NCBI GenBank assembly: GCA_002269645.1
Contig: NIVC01004485.1
Span: forward strand, 1 to 44,499
Reading direction: 5' to 3'
DNA from: Macrostomum lignano
Taxonomy: Eukaryota
DNA length: 44,499 nucleotides
In this document: in pieces, positions 1 through 10,783 of the stretch
Numbering within the stretch: position 1 is the first letter of the stretch
Layout of the letters: each line of letters begins with the position of its first letter
Notes under the pieces: generated by a model
The model's database searches: none
Seen by the model: only the letters and a program-made list of their open reading frames with translations
Told to the model about the DNA's origin: nothing
Position numbers and translations under genes: made by a program

Positions 1-2
1 CA

Positions 3-463
3 GCTGGTGGAGTAGCAGGTGGGGCGGCTGGAATTGCAAAAGCAGTAAACGACAAAAAAGCTGCGGATGAAAAAGCCAAACGAGAGGCTGAATTCCAAAG
101 ACAGCAAATAACTCAGGATGCTCAATTTAAACAAAAACTGATTGATACTATTAATAGTAGTTCGGCAACAGCAGAACAAAAAGAAATGCAGAAGCTAAAT
201 TAGCGGCTGGAAAGGGTTTAATCTTACAAGGAACGACCCACGGAAGCGGGGTTGTAGCAGATAAATTACACGAATTCGGACAAACTTTGGAAAAAACCGG
301 CAAAAAAGCTAAAGGATTTTTTGATAATATCGGAGCCAATTTTAGGCCAGCTGTTCAGAAGATTTTTAATAAATTAGGAAAAGATTTTAACATAATTGAA
401 AAGCACGACGGAAGCGGCTTATATCTTGAAATGAGACCAAAAGCGGGATCTGGAATTTTTTAA
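3..463 (+). pseudogene. C-terminal part of a Polinton virion/core-type protein with the AGGAAGIAKAVN motif (5'-truncated by the window edge; frameshift at the A-run near 181)
   Basis: Frame 3 reads AGGVAGGAAGIAKAVNDKKAADEKAKREAEFQRQQ... After a 1-nt shift it continues RNAEAKLAAGKGLILQGTTHGSGVVADKLHEFGQ...HDGSGLYLEMRPKAGSGIF* (TAA 461-463). From memory, the motif recurs in invertebrate Polinton proteins. Not in the ORF track. Confidence 0.7.
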
Positions 464-550
464 ATGCAAACGTTTCAGGCAGCGGGCTAATTTTACCAAA
501 AGCGCAACTCGAGTAGGGTAGTAAATATTGTATAAATTTTATTCTATAAA

Positions 551-3500
551 ATGGAACAAAGACTGACCCCAGATCAGATTCGACAACTTCTTGCAAACGA
601 GCGCGAACAGTTCAATCGATTACAAAGACAGGTTGAACAAATTGAACAGCGCCAAAGACAGCACCGTCGGCAAAGAGCAAGACAAAGACAAAGAGAGAGA
701 CAAAGAGAAAGAGAAATACAAGAACAACAAATAAAAGCATTAGCAAATGATATAAGGGCAGAATATGAAATGAAACGATTAATAGAAAAGGCCGAATATG
801 AAAAAAGAATAGCAGAGCTAGAAAAAAATCAAAAGAAAACCCAACGTCGGAAAACAAACATTAAATCGTCTGAACAACCACTAGAAGAATTTATTCGAGT
901 ATATAGGTTTGAACCAATGCAGAATGTCTTAGACTTTATTGAAACACAACTTTCAAACGGATATAGTGTTGAAATTACTAACGCGAGAGTACAATATTTT
1001 TATAACAAAACCGGCGATGATCGGGAAGAAATTAATCAATACTTAGCAACATTTTATAATATAAGTCAGTTTCAAGCTTGGTTTAAACATTTGGTAGAAA
1101 ACTATGATATGAATCTAAGCGTGTTTTCTGGAAGACTTAAAATGACACCAAACGTCATTACGATTAAACACGAAAGGTCAAAGCAAGGTATGGGCACAAA
1201 CGTCATGTGTGAAATTGCAGAGTATCAGGATGAGTATTGTTTCATACCTAGTGATGGTAATTGCTTCTATAAGTGTGTTAAATTTATTTATGGTGATAAC
1301 ACACCGTCTAAAGAAGAATATGGCGCTTGGTTGTACAACTCAAGAACTCAAAGAGGCATAATGACAAATTCAAGAATTGGAAAATTCAATGAGCATTTTA
1401 ATTTGAACATAGGTTTATGTATAACCCTAATAATCGGGGAATAGAACCAAAGTCACAAAGAGGCATCCACCACGATTGGTTATTAATAAATTACTACCAC
1501 GCAGCTGATTATCATATTGGACATTATTGCCTCATATCCAATAAACAACGAGGAATTGGTCTTGATTGGATAAAAGAGAATTATAAAGTAGTATTTAAAA
1601 ACCCAAAATCGGATAGTGTGCAAGAGATAAAAATGTTTAATACTCCGACAAATCCAAATAAATCAAACGTATACATATTTGATTTTGAAACATATTTAAA
1701 CGATAATCAACAAGCATGTCCGTATGCTGTTGGTCTTTTAAACTATAATGACTTTTCTAATAATTGTAACGAAAGCCCAGAGTCGATAAAGAAATTAACT
1801 AAGATCTTGATTTCAGATCGCGGATGTGATTTCAAAACAGACGGAACAAAAACGGACTGCGTTAGAAAAATGTTTAAATACCTTGGTTCAGTTAAGTCAA
1901 AAAAGATTGTTTTGATCGCCCATAACTCATCCCGCTTTGATTCTTATATACCACTATTTTGCAACATAAAACCAATTAAAATTCTTAAAACCCCCAGAGG
2001 AATATTATCAATAACTTTTGTTAATGATTATATGTCAAAAGAGGTATCAGCGTTTATAAACAAAGATAAAAAGAAGAAACATAAGGATTCAAAACAAACC
2101 ATTACGATGCTTTGTTCATATCAACACGCCTCAATGAGTTTAAAAAAGTTTTGTTCGTCAATGACAATTAGAGAGGATTTGCGCAAGACATCAATGGTGC
2201 ATGACATTACTGAGGACGATTATCTAGAACGGATTGATGAATGGTATGAATATTTACAATTTGATCTTATTTCTTTGTGTGCTTGTATTCATAAGTATAA
2301 CGAAATCGCATATGCAATTGGAGGCATGACAATGTTTGATACTCTTACATGTTCAAGTTTAACATTAAAATGTTGGTTTAAAGATTTTGTTAGAGTGGAA
2401 GACAAAATGAAAGAATACCTAAAGACAAAAGAAAAAACCAACTATATTAAGAAAGTCGAACAAATAATTTCTCCATTGAAAATAGAAGATTATTTTGACT
2501 TGTCTAAGCTTGAAAAAACGAAATATCAAACATTATTAAGAAAAGAATTTTCTGTTTACTCTCATATTGACCCCTATATAAGAAGATTTATGCGGGAGGC
2601 AGTCAAAGGAGGCAGAGTATTTGCACTAATAAATAAATACGAAAGCGAATGTTTTCAAACAATTGTAGACGTTGTAAAAGACCACTTAAAAACACCAACA
2701 GCCGACCCATGCGAGGTTATATCAACTTATCTCAAAAGCGATATGGAAGAAAAAAAGAAAATTGCAATTAAATTAAAAAACGAATTGGGTACTGTATCTG
2801 ATTGTTTAATGAACTTTGATGGGGTGTCATTGTACCCATCCGCCATGTCTGATAAAGATAGTGAATACCCAAGAGCAGAAAGTGGTAGGGTGTTTGATAT
2901 AAGCGAGGAAAAATATTTTTTGTCACAGTTTAATTCCCAAACGTTTCGACCAAAAACAGCGATTTTAAAGATTATGTATGAAAATCCTAACACCGTTTTT
3001 CTTCAGCATCTCCCATCTAAGGACAAAGAGAAATTTTATAATCCGGAGACAAAAGCAAACGAAACAAAAACATTAAATAGGTTCAGAAACGGAAAGGTAA
3101 TCGACACCCTTTGCTCGGTAGACATACAAGAAATCGTAAGAATGGGTGGTAAAATATTAAAGATATATAGTGGAATTGTATATGAGAAAAATTACGATTT
3201 CTCTCCGTTTCAGAATTATATTACAAATCTTTTTGAAATGAGAAAAAATGAGAAAAGTATTTAAAAAAGAAAATAATGAGGCGGGTTCTGAATTGATAAA
3301 AACACTATTAAATTCATTATATGGTAAAACAGTTCAAAGAGACATTACTTTCACAACACATCTCTGGAATTTGAATACATTAAAAAATGAATACGACGAC
3401 ACAATCAAGTCATATGAGAAAATATGTGACGACTTATTTTATGTAGAAAAAAAGAAAGACACGCAAGAATATATAGAAGACGACGACAATCCAACAACCG

Positions 3501-4144
3501 GACTTTGTTCTGCTCAATTAGGCATATTTATTTTAGCTCATTCAAGAAGAATTATGAATAATTTTATCACATCAATCGACGGATCAAAGAATCCAGAAAT
3601 TTATTACGGAGACACCGATTCATTATATATACATAAAAAACATTGGGATACATTAAATAAAAATGGGCACGTCGGAAATAATTTAAGTCAAGGAAAAAAC
3701 GATTATGGAGAGGGCGGAATTATATTCGGATATTTTATCGCTCCTAAAATTAAATATTGTCTTTTGTTGAAAGACGGTTTTATATTGGAAGAGAAAAAAA
3801 CATTTAAAGGTTGTGCAAACGATAGGGTTAATTTTGCATCGTTTAAAACTTTATATGATGGTCAATCAATAAAAGTAAATAATAACGCCCCATGGAAACG
3901 ATCGTTTGAAGGTGGTATAACAATTGGTCAAGGTTTTATATCAAAAACATATACACCATCAATTAATACTTATAAAAGAGAAAAACCGGATAAAAAAGGA
4001 ATTATGAAACCATTCTTTAAAAATTATTTTGATGACAAACCGGAACATGAACATACAATTGAATATTATAACAGCTTACTTTTTGATGTTGATTATAATT
4101 GTTTTGAGTTTGATATTGATGAACTAGCACTTATAAAAAACTAA
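551..4144 (+). pseudogene. polB: Protein-primed family B DNA polymerase (pPolB) with N-terminal coiled-coil/terminal-protein region and OTU-like protease domain, split into three ORFs (551-1444, 1417-3264, 3248-4144)
   Basis: ExoI YIFDFETY, ExoII AHNSSRFDSY, ExoIII YLQFD, (R)EAVKGGRV, motif A FDGVSLYPSAM, motif B KTLLNSLYGK, motif C YGDTDSLYI, APKIKY. Breaks: a -1 shift near 1415 and a tandem 10-bp duplication AATGAGAAAA (3237-3246/3247-3256). Repaired length is about 1190 aa. Confidence 0.97.
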
Positions 4145-4410
4145 AGCATGTAATTCCTTAAGTAGAATATCCATTTCCATTTCATATTTTATAGAACACC
4201 AATTATCTTCGCAATCGTCAGGATAACTTAAACACTCTTTTACTTTTTTCGAAGTATTTTTATTCGTCTAACAAGACGATCTATCTCATTTTCAATAACG
4301 GTTTCAGCATAAGCAATTGCGGCTTTTATAAAAGTTCTCTTTTTTCTAATTCATATCGAATCGGAAACATATCATCGTAAAGATACGCGAACTTCGTTCG
4401 GTCTCCATAA
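4142..4410 (-). pseudogene. Small degraded hypothetical ORF
   Basis: Piecewise minus-strand translation gives ...AYLYDDMFPIRYELEK / FIKAAIAYAETVIENEIDRLVRRIKNTSKKVKECLSYPDDCEDNWCSIKYEMEMDILLKELHAL*, which needs a frameshift. No recognisable motif. Confidence 0.35.
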
Positions 4411-4520
4411 TCACTATATTTCTGTTCGTTAATTATATTTAATTTTTTATTAATATCATTCATTTCTTTATTGTGAGTGCACAGAAGGTTTTTTACGCTC
4501 GCCATTTTCTTATAAAAAAT

Positions 4521-4844
4521 TTAGTCTTCCTCCCAAACAGCAGCCAATTTTACAGTCCTGTCAACCTTTTTGTTTATTGCTTGTCTTTGTTTAAATTGCA
4601 AACCATCCGTTGGTGAGTATTTCATAATAAAAGTTTTAGGTTTATTTATAACAATCGTTGGGAATTCTTTAACCTCATCGCCGCTTAAGCATAGTATTGT
4701 TCCACCGTTTAGTTGTAAAAATATCGATTGAATTCCGATAAATTTAACCTGTCTTAAACATATTATATCATACTCCTTCGGCACCAGAGAATTGGTGGTT
4801 AGAAAATTAATTTTATTAGAATCGGTTTTGAACCAGGTTTCCAT
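4521..4844 (-). CDS. Hypothetical viral protein (107 aa)
   Basis: Intact ORF with the element's TAAAAATG start context; no recognised motif. Confidence 0.6.
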   Translation of the reverse strand: METWFKTDSNKINFLTTNSLVPKEYDIICLRQVKFIGIQSIFLQLNGGTILCLSGDEVKEFPTIVINKPKTFIMKYSPTDGLQFKQRQAINKKVDRTVKLAAVWEED

Positions 4845-4870
4845 TTTTATTCTAAAAAAATAATAAAATA

Positions 4871-5411
4871 ATGAAACACAGATATGAATGTAATAAATGT
4901 AATATTACTATGCAAAGAGGACAAACAGCAAATTGAGATATATATCACATGTGTTATTCATGCGCTAAGATATATCAATTTGAAAAAAACAAAAAAGATT
5001 GAAAACTCATATTACTATTTCAAAAACACAATTATAAGAAATTTATCATGTGACATTTCACACCCATCCCTTCAAATGCCAGACGGCACACAAATTAATG
5101 CCATCCCCGGAAATAATGTTTATTTATATAATAACTTTTTTCATTTAAATAAAGGAAAAGGATTAAGTTCGAAAGACTCCGAGAGGATTTTAACTCTGGT
5201 TGGATATTATTTCAATTTTCTTATGAGAGAGAACACAAAACATATAAGGATCAGAAATATCCCAAGTGAAATGTTATTGAAAAAGTCATTGGTATTTTTA
5301 TGTATTGATAAAAAATTTGAACCTCGAATCAAAAGGCAATTACCATTGTGGGAAGAATATATAACTTATGTATTAAAAAAGTTACTGATGGGTCTACATA
5401 GAATTTCTTAA
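4871..5411 (+). CDS. Hypothetical viral protein, possibly with an N-terminal CxxC...CxxC zinc ribbon (disrupted)
   Basis: The track ORF is 4884-5411. An alternative frame from ATG 4871 reads MKHRYECNKCNITMQRGQTAN*DIYHMCYSCAKIYQFEKNKK and could join the main frame at the A-run near 4985-4997. Confidence 0.45.
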
Positions 5412-5425
5412 ACTCTCTAAATTAA

Positions 5426-5740
5426 TTATTTCCACACTTTTAATACTAAATGGAGCACCATATAAAACAAATTCTTCTTGCATATATTGTGGCAGGTTTT
5501 TTGGGGAATACCAACCAACCCCCTAACATAATTTTTAATAATATATACACCAAAAAAGTAGCATGGATAAGAACCATCCAACATCTGCGTATATATATTT
5601 ATACCATCTACCGAAGCCATTTTAAAAAGGATTTTATCCTCTACATTTAATTCTTCTTTCGTTACGTAAAAGGTTACATCTTTGGTAGACGGGCAGGAGT
5701 TCGCATCCAAAATAACTTTATGTATTATTCCTTGATCCAT
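5426..5740 (-). CDS. Hypothetical viral protein (104 aa)
   Basis: Intact ORF with CTAAAAAATG start context; no recognised motif. Confidence 0.55.
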   Translation of the reverse strand: MDQGIIHKVILDANSCPSTKDVTFYVTKEELNVEDKILFKMASVDGINIYTQMLDGSYPCYFFGVYIIKNYVRGLVGIPQKTCHNICKKNLFYMVLHLVLKVWK

Positions 5741-5764
5741 TTTTTAGAATATATTTTTAATAAA

Positions 5765-6447
5765 TTACACAACCTGAAGTTCTATCGTGCTACCTGACCG
5801 TGGGCTTTGTACACCATCAGCTATAACCTCAGGCTGGTACTCCATCGTTCCGAAGGAACGCGGACTTTGTCCGATCGTTTCTATAGGTGGAGGGTTCGGT
5901 TTGTCAAGTCTTAATTCTTTCAATTCCATATCGGTAAAAGCTTCAATATCTAAAATTCGATTTCTATCTTTTAAATATTTATCATATAACTCAACCGCGG
6001 TTGTTAACTCATATATTGTAATCTCTCCATCATCTAATATTTTTTGCACATATAAATATAACTGATTTTTATATTGTTTAGCAACATCTCTTAGTGATTT
6101 ATATTTATCCTTTCTTTTTTAAGATATAGTTTAATTGCCAAAAGAATTGATAAGTTTCTTATTAATTCAAAACCTGATATTGAACCAATTGAAATACCTA
6201 AAAATAATTGAGATAAATTAATAGTTGGAATCGATTGCAAAATACCCAAAACGATTACACATAACATTGATAAACTTCCAAAACCAATATTGAAAAAATC
6301 CATATTCCTGATATGGTTTGAAAGCTTTCTTAATTTTTTATTATATAAATCATAATCATAATTTATTCGATCGACATTACTTAACATGCGTCCTTTACGT
6401 TGGTTAAATAGATCGCGCTCTTTTCTGTCCGCTTCAGACACCGACAT
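5765..6447 (-). pseudogene. Two-transmembrane-helix Polinton accessory protein, frameshifted (track ORFs 6091-6447 and 5765-6049 joined)
   Basis: Hydrophobic pair FFNIGFGSLSMLCVIVLGIL / LFLGISIGSISGFELIRNLSILLAI. The downstream ORF's frame is open upstream (KDKYKSLRDVAKQYKNQLYLYVQKILDDGEIT) as far as the A-run near 6110-6120. Confidence 0.6.
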
Positions 6448-6763
6448 TTTTGTCTATTTTTAATAACACCAAAATGAATTCCCCACGCTCCTTAGGAATC
6501 TGTCCAGCGCTCAATAAGTATTGGATTGGAGTTATTCTTTCTTTTTTCTCCCATTTAAATCCAATCTTCCAAAACTCTTGTAATATAATATGGTTTTTTA
6601 ATAATTTAATTAACTCCTGAAGTTTCTTATTGTCTTGAACATTCACTCCGCTAAATAAAATTTTGGTATGAGATCTAAAAGTTTTTATATTTGATTCTTG
6701 TTTAGGAATCGGAATAATAATATTATTACCTTGCCGCATTGATGGAGTTCTGCTAAAAGCCAT
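6434..6763 (-). CDS. Hypothetical viral protein (109 aa)
   Basis: Intact ORF with TATAAAATG start context; overlaps the start of the next gene. Confidence 0.6.
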   Translation of the reverse strand: MAFSRTPSMRQGNNIIIPIPKQESNIKTFRSHTKILFSGVNVQDNKKLQELIKLLKNHIILQEFWKIGFKWEKKERITPIQYLLSAGQIPKERGEFILVLLKIDKNVGV

Positions 6764-6813
6764 TTTATATAGAAATATTTTAGACTAACTTATCGCCCCG
6801 TAGGGTCGCAGCT

Positions 6814-8807
6814 TTAGCTGATAGCTACCGGCGGCCTTTCCAAATAAGGAGTAGATGGAAAAGTATAACCAAATGATGTACTACCACAAACTATTGCTCC
6901 ACGAATAAAATGCGCCGCATCCGCTCCTCCGGTTCGAGCACCAAACCCCATAAGCGTTCCGGATTTATCTAGATCTCCCCAAGTGCCACTATCATACGTA
7001 AAAACATTTTGCCCAATTAGTGTCAAAGAATCTCCAGCAACATTGTATGAGCTTAACTGATACCAAACTCTTTGATTAAGAATATTAATTTCAAAAAGAT
7101 GCCAATTGCCATTATCAATATTGGCATAGGTTACAGTTTGGTCGGCGTCATTTAGAACGTCATTGCGGACGGTTGCTCCGTCAGCTTTTTTATTACTCCA
7201 AAGCAAGCCGAATCTGTCATGCCATTCACTAGCAAACACTATTAAGCCGGCGTCGGTTGTTAAATCAGATCCATATTCCGTTGTTGGTCGTTGGTGGCAG
7301 TAAGCATAAAACCAAACGGCGTCTGCACCAGCTCCACCACCCGCAGCATTAGCAACTCGGAAATAGAAGGAGACAGAAACATTACGGAAATGGGTGAAAT
7401 TAAATTGTAACGCTCCATTGAGTCCAGCGCATTCGTCAGTAATTCTTGCGCCGTTTTGATAATCAATATAAATCGCATTTCCAACCATAGACCCAGTTGG
7501 AAAAATATCGCCAGCAGTTGTTGGGTTTTGATAGCCATTCCAATTACATATTACTGGCTCATATAAAGCGGCATCAATTGCCGGAATACCATCCAATTTA
7601 ATTTTATCATTAAAAGACATTCTACCGTCCGCCGTTTGTGTTACAACCGTATCGACATAACCTTTAGTCACAACAGATGTGTTATCGTTTATAGTAGATA
7701 TATTAGTAATTGTATTACCACCCATATCAATAGACTGATTTACTGCTCCTAAATTCAAATCAATAACGGTAAAAGTCTGCCTGTAAATCTGAAATGTTGA
7801 TAAGCCTGGATTGGTTGAACCCGATGTTGATGTAAGACAAAACAATTTGAAATATGAATATTCTTTATCAAAATTTTGTGTGACATTAAATGTTTGGGTT
7901 GAATTATTTAACTCCGCCGAACTCGCCGCCGGAATCAAAACATCATAACTTGTATTGTCATTACTTCCTTCAAATCGCCATGAAGCAGGGTGCTCGGTTG
8001 AGGGCGACGGTCTACCACGCAAATCAATTTTATAACACATTATCGCGGATGGACATTGGACTTGAATCCAGTAATCTGTTTGTGTTGCATTAGTTGCCCA
8101 ATCCGTTGCGTCGTCCCCATCAAAAGCTTTCCAACTTGCAAAGCTGGTTGTATTAAATGCCGAGCTTGCTGTGATCGCAAAACCGTTTCCACTCCAAGCA
8201 GCCATTGTTGGTACATGACCGGTTTGAACGGTTTGGAACCTATCTTGTTTTGGGGTTCCGCTCCCGACTATATTATCAACCTCGGTTTTGGTATAAGAAT
8301 CCGCGACATTTCGTTTCAAATTTAAGGAGTTATCTATTTGAGTTTGACTATAGGAATCGCTTATATCTCTTTTTAAATTTAACGAATTATCAACCTCGGT
8401 TTTGGTATAAGAATCGGTTATATCTCTTTTTAAATTTAATGAATTATCAATTTCCGTTTTGGTATATGAATCTGCCACATTCCGTTTTAAATTAAGTTCG
8501 AAATCAACTTCGGCTTGACTATAAGAATCTAATATATTACGTTTTAAATTTAATGAATTATCTATTTCCGTCTTGCTATATGAATCCGCAGTATTGCGTT
8601 TTAAATTTAATGAATTATCGATTTGAGTTTTGGTATAGGAATCTGCAACATTCCGTTTTAAATTTAATTTAGTATCGATTTCACTTTTTTATAACCTTCG
8701 TCTTTATTTATATATCGGTTGTCTCCAAATGTAACACTTATTCCACTCGATTCTCCGCCGCCAGTTCTTGAAGTTCCGTTCCATGAGGGTGTTCCACTAA
8801 ATAACAT
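6814..8807 (-). CDS. Putative receptor-binding fibre/spike: 19-aa repeat shaft, discoidin (F5/8 type C)-like domain, stalk motif and C-terminal ConA/L-type-lectin-like domain; one frameshift near 8685
   Basis: The likely start is ATG at 8807 (MLFSGTPSW...), with one A lost in the run at ~8685-8690. Then come 8 x DSYTKTEIDNSLNLKRN repeats; WKAFDGDDATDW...YWIQVQ...WRFEGSND (discoidin-like); MGGNTITNI...TKGYVD (fibre stalk motif); and GADAVWF...WHLFEI...GFGARTGGADAAHFI (legume-lectin-like). Confidence 0.75.
8270..8700 (-). repeat. 57-bp coding tandem repeat (about 8 copies) encoding the fibre shaft
   Basis: The units ADSYTKTEIDNSLNLKRDI / TDSYTKTEVDNSLNLKRDI / SDSYSQTQIDNSLNLKRNV etc. differ largely by synonymous or conservative changes. 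Confidence 0.9.
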
Positions 8808-8830
8808 TTTTAGAGTCCATTTTTACCATA

Positions 8831-9263
8831 TTAAAATGAATCCAATATGTTTTTAAAATCCTCTGGAGTTTCTTTCGAGTTACGAATTTTATATAAAAAA
8901 TACAACGCCGCCTGTCCACAATAACTTTTATCAAAGGTTTGAAACTGTTCGTGATAATCTCCACATAATCGATTTTTAGTATTTAAATTTGTCTTTTATT
9001 TCATGCAACGGGGGTAGGCCAAATGAATCAAAAAAATAAACGAGTTTGGGTTTTGAATAAACTGCTGACCAATGTACACCATTTTCTTTGGTTGTTTCAA
9101 TATTGACAATGAAAGATCCATATCGTGGTAAGTCTTTTATCTCATCGCGCATAACACATCTGAATGGTTTTATTTTTAATTGCCGCGCCCAGTTTGTCAA
9201 TTCAATATTACTTGTTGTGTCCGTTCCATATCTTTGTTTGAACTGATTCCAACTCATAGTCAT
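8831..9263 (-). pseudogene. Adenain-like (adenovirus-type) cysteine maturation protease, frameshifted near 8980
   Basis: Catalytic His in NGVHWSAVY and Asp in YFFDSFG (track ORF 8976-9263). The missing Gln/Cys part lies in the next frame: RLCGDYHEQFQTFDKSYCGQAALYFL...ILDSF* (stop 8831-8833). Confidence 0.9.
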
Positions 9264-9264
9264 T

Positions 9265-9474
9265 TTATGTTCCTGAAAAACTCTTTGTTTTTGTTAGTTT
9301 CTCGGACAAAGTCCGCGACACTACGTGGCGACTATCCGCGGGTTTTAATAGTTCCTGTCTTGTTTTTTCGGCTTGTAGATGTTTCAATTTTGTTAATTCG
9401 ATTTCATAATTATCTTTTGCTTTTTGAACTTTTACCATTTGATTTTTTATCATACCTTCGGTACTATTACCCAT
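9265..9474 (-). CDS. Small coiled-coil hypothetical protein (69 aa)
   Basis: Intact ORF packed between penton and protease, with CTAAAAATG start; its stop TAA forms part of the protease start motif. Confidence 0.6.
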   Translation of the reverse strand: MGNSTEGMIKNQMVKVQKAKDNYEIELTKLKHLQAEKTRQELLKPADSRHVVSRTLSEKLTKTKSFSGT

Positions 9475-9484
9475 TTTTAGAATA

Positions 9485-10270
9485 TTAAACCTGTTTTATT
9501 CTTAAAATTATTGTTATTGCTTGTCCGCCAAAACTAATAAGTCGATCCGAATCATCTACAACTCTTATATAAATTGATTGTAAATTATATTGATTTAGTG
9601 GATAATAAATTGGGGTTTGAGGTGCAACTATCATTTTATCCCCAATTGGCACAGCTAAAAATGGAATTGAATAAATAATTCCGCGCTGAACCAAGAATCC
9701 GTTATCATCTGTTATATAACCACCATTTGAAATATCGGTTGTAATATTAATTGTGTTGACTCCGCCTTCAATATTTCCCACGGTATCGCCCGTGGTTGAT
9801 GTGGTAACGATTCGGGAATTAAATCCTAATATGGTTCTAAGTGAATTGGCAATTGTAAAATCAACCTGATATCCGGCTGCTAACGTAAGTGTGAATCTGC
9901 CTGATGGTAAATCAACTCCTATAACAATCGCGTCTGCTACCCAATCACCATTATCTGTTAACTCAGCTTGTATTACGGTATTCAAATCAGTATAGTTATA
10001 TGCGCCCGGTGTTATAGTAATGGTTGTCCAATTTGCTCCTGAATCTTTAGAATATCTAAATTGATTATTTGTTGCATTAATCAATTGAGGCATGTTAAAA
10101 ACTGAAAACATTATTAAACCAATTTCATAACTTAATGTCTGATCAAGAGTTAGTGGGTTACGTAATTGAATCCTTTGCTCGCTGCTTGTCATTACAAATT
10201 GTAAAGTCGTACTAAATCTTGCGTTGGTTCTATCAACCACTTGTTTTATTGTATCGAGGTTCACTGCCAT
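9485..10270 (-). CDS. Minor capsid protein (penton, single jelly-roll)
   Basis: Likely start MAVNLD at 10270. Beta-rich, with the Polinton penton pattern NATNNQFRY...ITITPGAY...LGF...IYIRVVDDSDRLISFGGQAITIILRIK. Confidence 0.85.
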   Translation of the reverse strand: MAVNLDTIKQVVDRTNARFSTTLQFVMTSSEQRIQLRNPLTLDQTLSYEIGLIMFSVFNMPQLINATNNQFRYSKDSGANWTTITITPGAYNYTDLNTVIQAELTDNGDWVADAIVIGVDLPSGRFTLTLAAGYQVDFTIANSLRTILGFNSRIVTTSTTGDTVGNIEGGVNTINITTDISNGGYITDDNGFLVQRGIIYSIPFLAVPIGDKMIVAPQTPIYYPLNQYNLQSIYIRVVDDSDRLISFGGQAITIILRIKQV

Positions 10271-10304
10271 TTTTATAGTGTGAATTAGTACCAAAGTCCG
10301 ACCA

Positions 10305-10779
10305 TTACTCCTCGTCCTCTTCCTCTTCCTCTTCCTCGTGTATCAAATTTTGTAAGATTCTATTTCTCCTTTCTAACCTAGTGTTGATATAAATATGTTT
10401 GTATTGGTTGTCATCCCAAATTTTTTTACACATGCTTTTGAATGGTTTTGGATCTAAACCAGGGTTAAATCTCACGTGTATATTTTTTAAATCATAGTTA
10501 TCTAGATCAAACATTACACAACAGCTAGCATTCTTTTTTATAATTGAATCTAATTCTCTAAAGGATTGAGTAAGATAAAATGCCCCAATTCCATCTCCTC
10601 TGCCGCTAACAAAAATTTCTTTTTGCAACTCTTGATCACCATCATAAATACAATCATCAAATACAATTAATGTTTTATCGTCTTTTGGGATTTTATCATA
10701 GGTTAATCTGTTTGATATTTGGATCGTTGGGGAGTTGTTGTCGACGTTTTCTGGATTCTGCGCAGTTTCTCTACATAAA
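10305..10779 (-). pseudogene. A32/FtsK-like genome-packaging ATPase, C-terminal part
   Basis: Reads LCRETAQ...KTLIVFDDC (Walker B)...SGRGDGIGAFYLTQS (A32 motif C) and ends in an acidic tail. Joins 15993-16288 in frame once the retrotransposon is removed. Confidence 0.93.
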
Positions 10780-10783
10780 CCCT

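Noticed and set aside
3237-3264. Programmed frameshift in PolB
   Set aside because: Fully explained by a 10-bp tandem duplication; deleting one copy restores FEMRKVFKKE.
8270-8700. CRISPR-like array
   Set aside because: Contiguous 57-bp in-frame coding repeats with no unique spacers. The other arrays in the window are also spacer-less tandem repeats, and there are no cas genes.
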